From assembly GCA_965287045.1 (NCBI GenBank), contig OZ336870.1, positions 84,382,001-84,446,000 of the forward strand: 64,000 nt of DNA, in the 5' to 3' direction. Made by a program: the position numbers and the translations under genes. This document shows, one piece after another, positions 12,660-25,507 of the stretch. The notes under the pieces are model-generated. The model searched no databases. It was not told the DNA's origin and saw only the letters and a list, made by a program, of their open reading frames with translations. Position 1 is the stretch's first letter. Every line of letters starts with the position of its first letter. Source of the stretch: Carcharhinus amblyrhynchos (taxonomy: Eukaryota).

Positions 12660-12948
12660 TTTTGCCATCTGGAAGGACAAGGGCAGCATGTGGGAACACC
12701 ATCGCCTGCAATCTTTCCTCCAAGTCACTCATCATCCTGATTTGGAAATATATTGCCATTCACTCATTGCCACTGGGTCAAAGCCTGGAACTTACTCCTT
12801 CACAGAATTATGAGTGTACATACACATCAGGGACTGCAGCAGCTCAAGAAGGTAGCTCACCACCACCTTTTCAAGGGCAACTAGGAATAGGTAATAAATG
12901 CTGGTCTAGGCAGCAACACCCACCAAGCCATTGATAATTTAAAAAAAA
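12660..12948 (+). mobile_element. 3' end of a second LINE family (CR1/L2 group)
   Basis: ...caccaccttttcaagggcaactaggaataggtaataaatgctgg... A-tail; same family as 40840.., 42830.. and 48750.. Confidence 0.75.
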
Positions 12949-13289
12949 CATCTTCCATTCCCACCCTCTCCTCATTACCTGCTTTCTTCCAATTCTAGCC
13001 TATCCCCAGTTTTCAGCAGCCTGTCATTAGAGGCTGTACCTTTAGTTGCCTAGATGCTAAGCAGCATTCCCTCCCTTAACTAGCTCTCTATTTTTATTTT
13101 TTTCAGTTAGACACTCCCTTAAAACATGCATTGCTCATCTGTCCTAATGTCTTCTGGTATGCCCAATGTCAAATGATGCTTAATATGCTCCCATGAAATT
13201 GATTGATGTGTTTTACTACATTAAAGATTCTATTTAAAAGTAAGTTCTTGTTGTATTGTTTGACCTGGGATTAGAATCAGATATTGAAT

Positions 13290-13715
13290 GGTATGGGCAC
13301 ATTCCTCTGCTTATGCGAATGACTAGCATTATTGTAGCTGAGGGAATATCTATGGAAAGAACTGAGCTTGTAACTGGCATAAGAAAGCTTTGTGGGTTAT
13401 AAATAGGGACATTGGCTTTACGGTAAGGAAGGAATATTGATCTGTACCAGACATTGGCTGGACCAGAATAAGAGTAATACTTCAGACACTCCATTATCTG
13501 AAGCGCATGAGAGCCAATGAAAAAGTTGACTTGGGGTTTGCTGAAATTATGCCAAGAATGAAAGATTGTATTTAAGAAGAAAGGATAAAAAGGCAGCTTT
13601 TTTAACTTAACCTGATGGGATTAATGGTGGATCAAATCAAGATTTTCAAAAATCATGTCAGGTTTTGAGAGGAAAATAAAGAAAAATTATTTCTATTGAT
13701 TTGGTGCATCAAAGA
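13290..13715 (+). mobile_element. Old CR1 fragment (continues ~15105..15200)
   Basis: Degenerate ORF2 C-terminus pattern (ctgtaccagacattggctggacca...). Confidence 0.5.
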
Positions 13716-13717
13716 AA

Positions 13718-14052
13718 GGGACGGCACGATGGCACAATGGTTACACTGCTGCCTCACAGCTCCAGGGACCCGCGTTCAATTTCCAGCTTGGGTCACTGTC
13801 TATATGAAACTTACATGTTCTCCCCGTGTCTGTGTGGGTTTCCTCCGGGTGCTCTGGTTTCCTCCCACACTCCAAAGACATGCGGGGTAGGTTGATTGGG
13901 CAATTTAGCATGGCCATGGTGTCCCAGAATGTGTAGGTGAGAGGGATTAGCAGGGTAAATGTGTGGGATTGTGGGGATAGGGCCTAGAGTGGGATTGTTG
14001 TTGGTGCAGACTCAGTGAGCCTCCTTCTGCACTGTAGGGTTTCTGTGATTAC
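13718..14052 (+). mobile_element. HE1-like V-SINE
   Basis: gggacggcacgatggcacaatggtta head, V core, ctccttctgcactgtagggtttctgtg tail. Confidence 0.88.
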
Positions 14053-14072
14053 GATGAAAAACAAAAAACCAT

Positions 14073-15100
14073 GGGGACAATTTTCCCAAAAATATTCAAT
14101 GTGTTGAACTCATGTAAAAACTTAAGTAAATCAAAATCAAAGGCAGTCAAAATGAATCTCCCACACGCTGTGTACTGCAGAGTGCCCTCGCGTGAACTGC
14201 ATGAATAATCAGTGGGCGGGATCTATTCCCTTTGGAGAGGCCGGCAGCATAGTGCTGAGTGGGCCACTGCACATGCGCTGATCTATCAGTGCTGAGATTA
14301 GCGCACATGCAGTAGCCCTGCATTGCCTGCTTTCTGATTGCTGGCCAGCCCTGCGACTCCCACATTGCTGCCCCACTGACCCTCCCACAGCCCAATTGCT
14401 GTGTCCGGCCTAGCCTCAACCCCACCCTCCTCTCCCACAGAGCCCACCTCAATCCACCCCCACCACTCTCCACCATCCCAGCAGTTCCGATCTCCTGATC
14501 CATCCTCATCTGCAGCTCCAACCACCCCCAGCCCTGATTCCTCCTCCACTGCAGCCCTGATAATTGCCAAGTCTCAACCCACATGGCGATGACCAGCCCC
14601 AATTGCTGGCTTCCCTCCATCTGTCATCGCCAGATGCAGAAGGCAGCAGGACCCCTCCACCTCCACTGATTTCCCCACCCCCCCCCCCAACAGAGGCCCC
14701 TCTCCCTTTACCCAGTGGGCAGTGCCAAGGTGCCCTGGGGCATTGCCACTTTGTCTCTTGGACAGTGCCAGCAGGCAGGCCACTAACTCCCTGAAAGTGA
14801 GGAGCTCTTGTAAACTCTACTGGAGTGAAACACTCCTGGCAGGGAGGTGGGGGAGGGTGGCGGAAGAGATTCTCGCATGCCCAGAGACTTCAGTCCTGGG
14901 CTTGCTACTTCAATGTAAGTAACACTTAAATAAGTATTTAAATAATTTATGCAGCTCTGTGCCGATTTCTGGCACAGAACTGATGGTGCCAGAAATCCAG
15001 CGCCCGGAGAGTTGCAGAGGCTGTGGCGCCCAGCAGGGATCCCGCTAAATGGCCTCCATGTGGGTCTCCCAGCAGCGCAGCGGGCTGGGAGAATCACCCC
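14073..15100. mobile_element. Non-autonomous TIR element (PIF/Harbinger-like), ~1 kb with GC-skewed interior
   Basis: TIRs gggacaattttccc / gggagaatcacccc; homologous in reverse orientation to 56931..58101. Confidence 0.75.
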
Positions 15101-15584
15101 ACATGACTTCAGAATAACTTTCCACAAAATTAGTAGAGACATTTGAAGATAATTTTTCATCTGGAAGTTGATTAGGATATGGAATGTTTGACAACAGAGG
15201 ATGGATTTACCAGAGTCTGAAAATGGTCTAACATCAACAGCACTGATTAACCACAACAGAAGGAGTCCAGGCACAGCTTTGTGGGAAATGGCTTCCAGGA
15301 TTGACGTCCAATTAGGGTGTCAAGCAGGCTGAGGAGGTGGGAAGAGGCAATCAGGGACATATGGAAGGCCAGCAGCTTTCATTCTGGCTGCAATGGGAAT
15401 GAAGCTACAATGACTGGGACACAAAAGAAAACAACACAAGGAAAGGGAGATGAGGCTGCATGCACTCCAAGGCTTTTCTCTGGCCAAACTGCTCTGCATG
15501 AAAAACTCCTGCAATGATAAGCTTATACCTGGGAATAACGTCTGTCTTTCCATTTTCAGCAAGTAGATCAGATTATACGCAGAA

Positions 15585-15800
15585 TAGAACATAGGAACTC
15601 AAGGATTAGAGCAGAAGAATGTTATTGGCCCATTGAGCTCTGCTATTCAATAAAATCATGACTGATCCAGTTGTGGCCTCAATTCCACTTTAAGGTCAGA
15701 CCCCTTGACTCCCTTGTTAATCAAAAACCTATCAAAATCAGCCTTAAATATATTCAATGACCCAACTTCAGCTGCCCTATCGGGAAGAAGGTTCCACAGA
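15585..15800 (-). mobile_element. CR1 3' end fragment
   Basis: catagga...ggcccattgagc...ccccttgactcccttgttaatcaaaaacctatc. Confidence 0.7.
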
Positions 15801-15815
15801 CTGTAAATACCAGAC

Positions 15816-16031
15816 TGTATTAATATCATGACTGGGCTATGGGAGCCTTCGTTAGAAGACAGCTGCAAACCATACTATTGTAAACTACTGAACATTTATT
15901 GACTATTTACACAGATTTTAGCCAGACTCCCTTAGAACATTCTTCCCTCGGTCTGCAATTACAGCTGATCTGGCATCATCTAACAGCACTAATGATGCAT
16001 TAACGAGTAACATTTAATCCTTTGTACTACA
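15816..16031 (-). mobile_element. Possible short solo LTR
   Basis: tgtatta...tactaca ends (TG..CA), AATAAA on minus strand at ~15895; no TSD found. Confidence 0.3.
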
Positions 16032-16374
16032 GCTTGGAGCTATTGTGCACTGGACTCCTGTGAGCTGCTGAATTCTGCACAGAGATGGGGTCCCAGTCGC
16101 CTCTGAGAAGACTGGAAAGTCCAGTGAAAATTCCTATTGATTACCTCCCCAGCTACTTTAATTAACTTTGTGCTGCTGGCAGACATGTTTTCAGCACCAA
16201 CCTGGAGCTGTTTGAGAAGGTAGGAATGTGTAGGGGAGGAAGCTTAGTCCTCCATGCCGCCAAACACATATCCAATATACGGGGACAATATCCACCCACC
16301 CTTCCCCCACAGCTACAGGTACCTGAAGAAGATGTCATAACAATATTTAAAATGCTAGATAGTTTAAAGGTTTA

Positions 16375-16445
16375 ACGTTTATTTATTAGTGTCACAAGTA
16401 GATTTACATTAACACTGCAAAGAAGTTACTGTGAAAATTTCACTG
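16375..16445 (-). mobile_element. Isolated 'B' tail of V-SINE
   Basis: tttattagtgtcacaagtagatttacattaacactgcaaagaagttactgtgaaaat. Confidence 0.7.
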
Positions 16446-16629
16446 TGATATTTCAGTTACACAGAAAGATTGGAGAAGTTGAAACTCATGCGTGGAAAAG
16501 TAAAGGTTGAGAGGAGATTTGGTTTAAGGTACATGAAATCATGAGGGGTTTAGACAGAGAAGATAGGGAGAAACTGGTCCCCTGGTGGAAGGATCGATAA
16601 CCAGAGCGTGCAGATTGAAAGTAATTGAC

Positions 16630-17545
16630 TGTTGGGGAATGGAAAAAAAATCCCAGTAGGCTAGGGAAGATTTTAAACCATTGGGCATTTAAGACACTGA
16701 CAGAACTACCAGCATTGAGTTAAATGATTCTAAATTGTACTTATAAGCTAACAAGAGAATAACTTACACACATGTGAATGCAGTAAGAGAATTAAAACGC
16801 GACTATGATTTAAGTGCATATTTTGATATTTTAAATGTTTTAACTGTATTTTTATAAAGTGATTGTGTATTTTAGCCAAGAACAACTTGCTGCAAGGCCT
16901 GATGGTATGAGGACTTCAGAAAGAACCACATTTTTGGGAAATAATAAAACATTAGAACGTGTGAGCTCTAATCAATGAGAATTGCTAGCAGTAGGATTCT
17001 CAGGGCTGCTTATGAACAGAGTTACTCACTATCCACATAAAACAATGTCTTCTCAGACGTGAGAATGTGCATTAGTCTGGTGTGGTTGGTGATGCAGGGG
17101 AAAATGGTGGGAATGTTAATTTTGACCTCAGTGTCTGGGGTTGCTAAGCAATAGAGAAAATTGAGTCAACAATAGGGGGAGGAAGCATTCAGATTCTATG
17201 AACCAATGAAATCCCATCATGTCAGAAGGTAAAATGCAATTGGCTAAATATTTGACATGTGTTATTTACGACTTGTATATGCTGAAGACGATTAATTCAA
17301 AGCTAATGAAGGGCAGGAGAATTTGATAAGAAAAATGTATAATTGTTCTATCCTAAACTGTATATATCAGAGTTTATTGGAAATGTCAGGCTGTTCTACA
17401 TCTGGAAAGGCCTAGAACTCTGTGATAATCTCTCCCTGCGACTCACTGGTTAAATAAATGATATGCCTTTAAACTGGGACACTGGCTTTTGTAGTATTGG
17501 CTGAAGTTTCATTGATACCTGACCACCTCACAAACCCCATTAACA
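16630..17545 (+). mobile_element. Solo LTR (~916 bp) inserted in a CR1 3' fragment
   Basis: TGTT...AACA ends, TATA-like tgtatatatc ~17360, AATAAA 17453..17458; CR1 sequence on both flanks (16460..16629 and 17546..17725); degenerate TSD ttgac/ctgat. Confidence 0.6.
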
Positions 17546-17726
17546 CTGATGAAAGAAACAACTTATCAACGTAGCAAGCAGTTTGGATCTGACAATGTGG
17601 TGGAGGCTAGGTCAGTTGAGGATTCAATCATATCAAGAGAAAATTGGATACTTATCAAAGAAGGAATACTTTCTCAGACTGTGGAGTAAAAGTCAGGGGA
17701 GTGACACTTGGTAAATTACTCTTTCA

Positions 17727-18733
17727 GAGTGGCAAATGTTGTGCCTTTGTTTAAAAAGGGCTGCAGGGAAAAACCTGGGAACTACAGGCCAGTGAGCTTC
17801 ATATCTGTGGTGGGTAAATTGTTGAAAGATATTTTGAAACACAGGATCTACAGGCATTTAGAGATGCAAGGACTGATTAGGGACAGTCAGCATGGCTTTG
17901 TGAGTGGAAAATCATGTCTCACAAATTTAATTGATTTGTTTGAGGGGATAGCCTGTGATCAGCAGTGTGCTTCAGGGATCAGTGCTGGGCCTATTGTTAT
18001 TTGTCATTTATATTAATGATTTGGATGAGAATATACGGAGCATTGTTAGTAAGTTTGCAGATGACATCAGGATTGGTGGCATGGTGGACAGTGAAGAAGG
18101 TTATCTCCAATTGCAATGGGATCTTGATCAATTGGCCAGTGTGCTGACAAATGGCAGCTGGAGTTTAATATAGATAAACGTGAGGTGATGCATTTTGATC
18201 GATTGAACCAGGGCAGGACTTACTCAGTTAATAGTAGGGCATCGGGGAGAGTTACAGAACAAAGAGACCTAGGGGTACATGTTCATAGTTCCTTGTAAAT
18301 GGAATCATGTGTGCTGAAGAAGGCATTCGGCATGCTTGGATTTATCAGTCAGAACATTAAATACAGGAGATGGGACATCTTGTTGAAGTTGTACAAGACA
18401 TTGGTAAGGCCACACTTGGAATACTGTGTGCAATTCTGATCACTCTATTATAGAAAGGATATACAAAAGTGTCCAAAGGGGAAATTTTTTCACATAGAGG
18501 GTGGTGAGTGTCTGGAACAAGCTGCCAGTGGTAGTCGTAGAGGCGGGTACAATTTTATCTTTTAAAAAGCATTTAGGTAATTACATGGATAAGATGGGTA
18601 TAGAGGGATATGGGCCAAAATGCGGACAATTGAGATGAGCTTAGGGGTTATAAAAAAAATTAAGGGCAGCATGGACAACTTGGGCCGAAGGGCCTGTTTC
18701 CATGCTGTGAACCTCTATGACTTTATGACTCTA
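17727..18733 (+). mobile_element. CR1 LINE fragment with internal deletions and 3' tail
   Basis: ANVVPLFKKGCREKPGNYRPVS, QHGFVSGKSCLTNL, QGSVLG, KFADD; tail ctctatgactttatgactcta. Confidence 0.92.
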
Positions 18734-19309
18734 GAGGGCCTGCACATTCACAACAGGCTGAATGGTTCTGTTTGTGCTGTGATCATTCTCTGATTCTAAA
18801 TATTTAAAAAGGATTATTGGAATGGGAATGAACAAAGAAGTGAAATCAGAGCAAAAACTTCACTTAAAGAGGTTGCACCAGAAGACACACAATGGGTTAT
18901 TACCTCTTCTGAATTATAATTCTAAAATTCTATAATTAAGTGCAAAGAAAAGGATTGAAAATTTTTAATTGCACTGCAATACAGATAATAGGTTTTCAAA
19001 AGTAAAACTTCTGCAGTGAACATATGTCTCAGAACTGTTTAGCTGAATTCATTTTTACTCGATTGATTCACTCTTTATTAGGGGTAAAAGCAAAACCCAT
19101 GGGTTGAATTTAATGACCACAATCGTGGCTCGGTCTGTCTACTGGAAACCAGGAGTGAATGAACTGCAGCCATTTTGGGAAACTGCAATGTACTTCTATG
19201 CCCACCAGGTTATTGGCTGCCTGGCTTCAAGGGTTTTGCCCCGAGAGTGGTCTTGCCTCCAAGAGATGCCACAGATCATCAGCTCCAACATGCCATAGGT
19301 AGTGGTGAT

Positions 19310-19642
19310 CACAGAAACAGAATCATAGAATCCCTCAGTGTAGGAGGCGGCCATTCAGCCTATCAAACCTTCACTGACAACAATCCTACCCAGTCCCTAT
19401 CCACTTAATGTATTCACTCTATTAGTCCCCCTGATACTAAAGGGGTAATTTAGCATGGCCAATCCACCTAACCCACATATGTATTTGGAGTGCAGGAGGA
19501 AACCAAAGCACCCAGTGAAAAGCCATACAGACATGGGGGGAATGTGCAAACCCCACACAGTCAGTCACCCAAGACCGGAATTGAACCTGGATCCCTGGTG
19601 CTGTGAGGCAGCAGTGACACCCACAGTGCCACCTTGTCACCC
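19310..19642 (-). mobile_element. HE1-like V-SINE
   Basis: Reverse complement tail, core and head. Confidence 0.87.
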
Positions 19643-19875
19643 CATTGTGGGACTGCAACTGGCCAGGCCCAATAACCACGGAGAAGGCCCCAGAATGGAA
19701 GAAGTCAGGTTATCCTAATTGGGGTCAGTCAGGCACAACCAGGCAAGGAGGCTGGAGGGGGTGGGGCAGGGGTTATTGTCGAGGGTGGGAGGTCTTTTTA
19801 ATTTGGTGGCCCTTCTTGCCAGGGATGAGGAACCCTTCCATGGACTACAAAGTACCAATTGGTAGAGCAATCACC

Positions 19876-20587
19876 TGTGAGCAACAGGTAAAGATGCTGT
19901 TAACACATATATCTGTACACCATAGAAAAATAGCATAAAGTTAGGTAGACTGGATATAGTCAGGCACATTGATAACCCACATTATGGAAACAACTGTGAT
20001 TTTAGTCACAAACATAGGGCATAAAATTCGCTGCTGCTAACAGAGCAATAGTCAGGGACAATAAAAAGACTGCCTGTGGTGTAGGAATAACACCAGATGT
20101 GTGGGTCCAAGTTATAAAAAGCAAATGGTATACAAGATGTGTTGTTTCTACAACTAAGCATAAAAGGGGGAAAAAGGTCACTGAGATAGTCGGGACAGCA
20201 GTGATTAAGTTGGCAAAGGGTTGATTACCGCCAATCTGAACTGGACATGTAACAGTGTTGGATAAGACGAATGAGCTTACTAATGCACTCTTATGATAAC
20301 AGGAGACATTGTTAGATGGGGAGTAGAGGGGATGGAAACTTGGGGCACCTCAAGCCAATAGGGGAATGACAACACATAGATGGGACAGGGACCACCAATT
20401 AGGGGAGAACAACACATTGCAAAGCCATTACAATGCTTGTAAAAAAGTATAAAAATGCGCTGCAAATCGATGTAAGGTGTGCCTATTTTATTGGACACCC
20501 GGTCTTGCAAGAACGTTAAATAAAATATCTTGCTCCTTCAGAACTTGACTTGACTAAATTGTTTGACTGTGAGCTGCGTTTCTCACA
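19876..20587 (+). mobile_element. Solo LTR (712 bp) with perfect 5-bp TSD
   Basis: TCACC|TGTGAG...CTCACA|TCACC; CCAAT at 20355 and 20395, TATAAAA at 20448, AATAAA at 20519. Confidence 0.88.
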
Positions 20588-21913
20588 TCACCCAAGCCAA
20601 TAGGAGGCTGGTAGTTTTCACTGGGCAGCTTCCTCATGCCATCCAAAAGTCTTTCTTGTCTTTTGGGCAGGAAGGCCATCCTCATAACGTTATACTCCTG
20701 ACTGAACCTGAGGAAGTCAGGAAAGCAATAAACTTTAACCCCCGCCCCACCTTATCCCTGAAATTCTATGAGTAAAATCTTTGCAGGAATGATGGTTGGA
20801 CTTGGAATATGGAGGTAACATGGATATTTAGTCTGACCAGGAGCCGAGAGTGAATCTCATAGTTGTTAACATGAACCAACACAGTACAATGTGAAGGTTC
20901 TGGAAGATATATTTTTTTAAAATTCATTGGATTGTGTATTTAGAATTATTTATTCTACTGCTATGTAGAATATAATGGCAATGCTACTAACTAAAGGAGA
21001 TTAACAATAAACGACGACCATATTGAATTCAGATCAGGAACAAAATCAGTTTACTACCTTACAATGGAAAATTCTAAACAACTCCAAATTTGGCAAAGAG
21101 AAGAAGCAGCTTCATTGTTGATCATCCCATCCAAATCTAATTCCACACATTAATCAACAGGAGGCTCTCTCATTTCGGAAAAAAAAGTTTTTCTTGCATT
21201 GTGAGATGAAAATATGGTTAATAATTAACAAAACATTACATACATATACACAACCTCTGCACAAACTAGTAAACTAAGTATATGTTTAAGTTGAAAATGG
21301 TTGCATTATGTTTCAAGTATTCAGCTTTAACGGTTTTTAGAAGCTTTAGGAAACGCAAATGTACTTTTAAAAGCTGGAGTTGTATAACTTTATATATTTT
21401 CATTCAATCCTTACGATGTTTTCAATATATTTTGCTGAAGAAACATTGTATTTTATTTTGAACATGTTGAATGCAAATTAGCAGATAACAAACGCCATCC
21501 AGCTTTCATATTAGGTAATAAGCCATAGACCACGAAGAACTGTAAGTCAATGTATCAGAGAATACATTATTAACAACCTCCATTTTTTAACTATGCAACT
21601 ACTTTCATATTAGTGTACATAGACTGGTTATGGCGTGGCCCTGTGTATCAAATTTGGCAAAGAGTGCTAGATGGAGCATCAAGAACCTGAAACCAAAGAT
21701 ATCTGAAGAACTATGTAATGTGAGCATAGAGAAATGCATGATAGTTAATTGAGCCAAGATACAACTTTTGCTGGTACTAACAGCCTTGTCAAAATAAAGT
21801 CAGACTGTGCAGAAATATCTACATCAGGGAAAAGCACTGATCTTTGCCCTTAGGGCAAGTGAATAGATTTTCTCTGCCAGCCTTGGTGAATGACAACATC
21901 AGAAAAAAGAAAC

Positions 21914-22608
21914 TGTAGTTGAAGTGCCTGTGTTCATTTAAGATTGGGACTTTGAAACTTCTGCTAGGGCCAGACAAGAGACATCTAGGGAAGGATTGTG
22001 AGCCCACTGTGTCATGCTGGAAGCACAATAAGAAGTCTCACAACACCAGGTTAAAGTCCAACAGGTTTATTTGTCACAAACACCACTAGCTTTTGGAACT
22101 GACTGTTCCTCCATCAGGTGGGTGGGAGTATTCCTGATGAAGAATTAGCCAGTTCCAAAAGCTAGTGGCGTTTGCTACAAATAAACTGTTGGACTTTAAC
22201 CTAGTGTTGTGAGACTTCTTACTATGTTTACCCCAGTCCAACGCTGGCATCTCCACATCATGCTGGAAGTACAGTGAGGTAACTGCAAGCATTTAAATGG
22301 TCTTATCTTATCTGGCGCAGGGCCATTGCAAAAAGGGGATAAAGAAAGGGCCGAGAGAGGCATCATTTCTGCAATTGGGCAAGTATGACCTGGTCAGTCA
22401 TTCAGAAGTCATGCACAGAGAAGCTGTCAGCAGATCGATCATCTGAGGTGAACTCTACCACTCTGGAACACCAGCAACAGGTATTGTGAAGATGTGCTAC
22501 TGCTTAGTTGTGTAATAAAAGGTACACCATATACAGTAACCAAGTTATTGTGAGTCATTGATACCCAGAATAAAAATGTGAACTCTTAGATCTAGTAAGA
22601 CTTCTACA
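21914..22608 (+). mobile_element. Probable old solo LTR containing the Penelope-derived palindrome
   Basis: TGTAG...CTACA ends, AATAAA ~22514; TSD only 3/5 (gaaac/ggatc). Confidence 0.4.
22022..22262. mobile_element. Palindromic Penelope-derived short element (copy 2, opposite orientation)
   Basis: taagaagtctcacaacaccaggttaaagtccaacag... / ...ctgttggactttaacctagtgttgtgagacttctta inverted arms, leader reverse-complemented at the right end. Confidence 0.7.
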
Positions 22609-22917
22609 GGATCATTTGCATCTCTCTCCATTAGAAAGAGACAACTGATTATATAGCTTCAAGGGCACCACTCTGCATCAAATGTGGGGCCAGATAAGGA
22701 AGCAGGCTTCCAATCACAGGAACTGAACCTGCACTGCTGGCATTATTCTGCACCACACTCTAAATCTAGTTGGGGAAATGAGAATTATAGGCAGCAACAA
22801 AATAAATTCAAATGAATTCATCACTCTGCTTTGAAGATAAAAATGAATTAATTTAAAATTCATCAAATGGTTCTTCAGTAAGTTATCTTCTACTGTGTAA
22901 AAATTGTTATTTAATAA

Positions 22918-23325
22918 AAACATAAGAACTAGGAGCAGGAGTAGACCACTTGGCCCCTCAATCCCTGTTCCGTCATTCAATACGATCATGGTTGATGTTT
23001 ACATGGACTCAGCTTCACTCACCCACCTGCTCAACATAACCCTGAATTCCTTTACCATTCAAAAATCTATCTTTGCCTTAAAAACATTCAACGAGGTAGC
23101 TTCAACTGCTTCACTGGGCAGGGAATTCCACAGATCTCACGCTCTTTTGCCTGAAGAGGTTCCTCCTAAACTCAACCCTGAATCTGCTCCCCCTTATTTC
23201 TAGTTTCACCTGCTGGTGGAAACAACCTTCCTGCTTCTATCTTATCTATTTCCTTCATAATTTTATATGTTTCTGTAAGATCTCACCTCATTCTTCTAAG
23301 TTCCAGTGATTATAGCCCCAGTCTC
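22918..23325 (-). mobile_element. CR1 3' fragment
   Basis: cataagaactaggagcaggagtagaccacttggcccctc tail plus ORF2 end. Confidence 0.8.
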
Positions 23326-25456
23326 AATAGCTCACTGAATAAACATACTGAGCCATAGAGATCAGGAAATTTTCAATTGAACCCTTGACCTATGATCTAC
23401 TAGGTCAGTGATAAGAACATTACATTAACTCCAGGGTTAAAAGGTCAAAATCAACTAGGGTACTCATTCCTACACAAGAGTGATTGCACATTAAAAGTAC
23501 TTTATTGGTTGCTAAATCTGTTTGCAAATTTAGCATATCATCAGCACACTTTATAATTGCAAGTATCAGCTTGTTTCTTTCTTGAATACTTTTAGCAACT
23601 TTGCTAAAAGGGTACACCATTGGTCTTCAGATCAAATTTGGCCAGAATTTAAACCTGATCAATTTTCCTGTTTGTGCTCACTGTCAAGACTACTTGTACA
23701 AGGCTCTAGTTCCTATGGAAACACATTCCATCCAGTAAGGAGTTTAAACGCTTGAGGAATGGAGGGGAGCGGGGAAATTGAAAATTATTCATTTTCAATG
23801 AATGAATGATATGCAAAATATTTATAAATCTCTGCTAGAAATGACAATTAATATCATGCAGCTTTCATTTCAAAGCTGCGAGAAACATGTGATTTACATG
23901 CAACTCTTTTCGATGTCTCACATCTTTTCCTGAAAGCTTATTGCTTTTGCAAACTTTAAACTCGGTACCAGTGGGAAAGATGCTTCTTCCTCCAAACTGT
24001 TATAAATATTGTTCTTTCCATTCTGTTCAGACTACAATTTTATTACAATATATAATGGATCTGTTTTATGGGTCTAAATATCAGAGTCCCAGGCAGTAGT
24101 ATTTTTGAAATGCAGGGCATGCATCCCAAGTGTCTGTATCCTGTAAGAATGGAGTTGACCCATCTACCCATCATAGCCCTGATGAATAGAAGACCACAGC
24201 TCTATTCTCTGTGGGGAACACACAATTGATGGAAATGGAACAACAATCTCCCGTAAAGCCTATAAATGGTTCTGCTGGTAGGGAGTTGTCAGGCAGATTA
24301 CATTTTGTAAGAAAACAACTTGGAGCATGATCTACTAGATTTACAGAGGTGGGGTTGACATTCACCATAGGCATGGGAAAAAAATGAAGATAAAACATCA
24401 TGTAAAGAGCAACTTCCACAGATCATAAAATTTCCCTAAGGAGCCTCCCCATCACTCAAGCTGAATGCTGCAAATGTTTCCGAGCTCTGTAGAATAGTCA
24501 CGGTGCATTGCAGTGTGTCACACCATTTGGAACCAAGTGCAGCATTCTCCTTGAATGATGGGTGCATCAGCTTTGACACCAATATATTGTAATACATTGT
24601 AGTATTAAGATTAGTGCTGTACTTTCATTTATTTCACTTCAATAGGATAAGTACCAGTGGTAGATTTGCAATAAACTTTTCAAATTGGAATAAAGTACTG
24701 ACTAATTTCAACTGGAATTTAATTAAATGAGATTAGATACAACAGATGAAATAACTCAAGATCACCAAAGTTCACCCTCATTTCAGACAAAGAGCTGCGT
24801 CACAGAGATACTCTTGAGATGTTTTCATTTCATTCTTGTCATTAAAAATTGGCATTGGTCAAAGATCACAACGCTGGAATAAAATGTATTTTTTTGAGCA
24901 CAAGTAAAACGTTCCTGATTTAATTTGAAATGTACCAGATGCTGCAAAATCACAAATTTCTCCATTTTAAGTTGCACTTGTTTGAGTATAAAACGTTCAT
25001 TGAACAAACTATTGTTTGATGTGAAATGCTAAGAAAATTTCCTAGCATCTTGGCAGTTCTCATCATTAAGCAGTAAATTATATAATTTTGGCTAACTATC
25101 TGCAAGAGTCCCTCACAGCTGTGGAAACGTGTGATCATAATGAGAAGTGATTTGCATGTAATAAGTTTAAAAAAAAAGCCTATTCTGTCTTACTACAATG
25201 ATGAAACAATATCTCTCTTTTCTGACTATTCAAGTCCTTCTCAAAGATGATTCAAACTTTAAAATTACTGCCACCAAATATTCATCTACCAAAATATTCA
25301 ACTGCCGAATTATGAAGTGGACATTTTAAGGATTTTAGAAGTCACAAGTTCCAGTTCCAGAGGAAATATATATGCAGTGACATCGCAAGGGTGTTAGCAA
25401 AGATGATATTTATACTTAATATGTTCTCCTGAGTTTTCCAGAGCTGAATCATTGAT

Positions 25457-25507
25457 ACATAAGAACATAAGAACATAAGAAATAGGAGCAGGAGTAGGCC
25501 ATCTGGA
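25457..25507 (-). mobile_element. Very short CR1 tail with (ACATAAGA)n terminal repeat
   Basis: acataagaacataagaacataagaaataggagcaggagtaggcc. Confidence 0.7.

Larger units (their letters stand above)
19102..20780. mobile_element. Degenerate Harbinger-like non-autonomous element hosting a SINE and a solo LTR
   Basis: TIR-like gggttgaatttaatg start; GC-rich interior resembling the other TIR elements; right end poorly defined. Confidence 0.35.
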
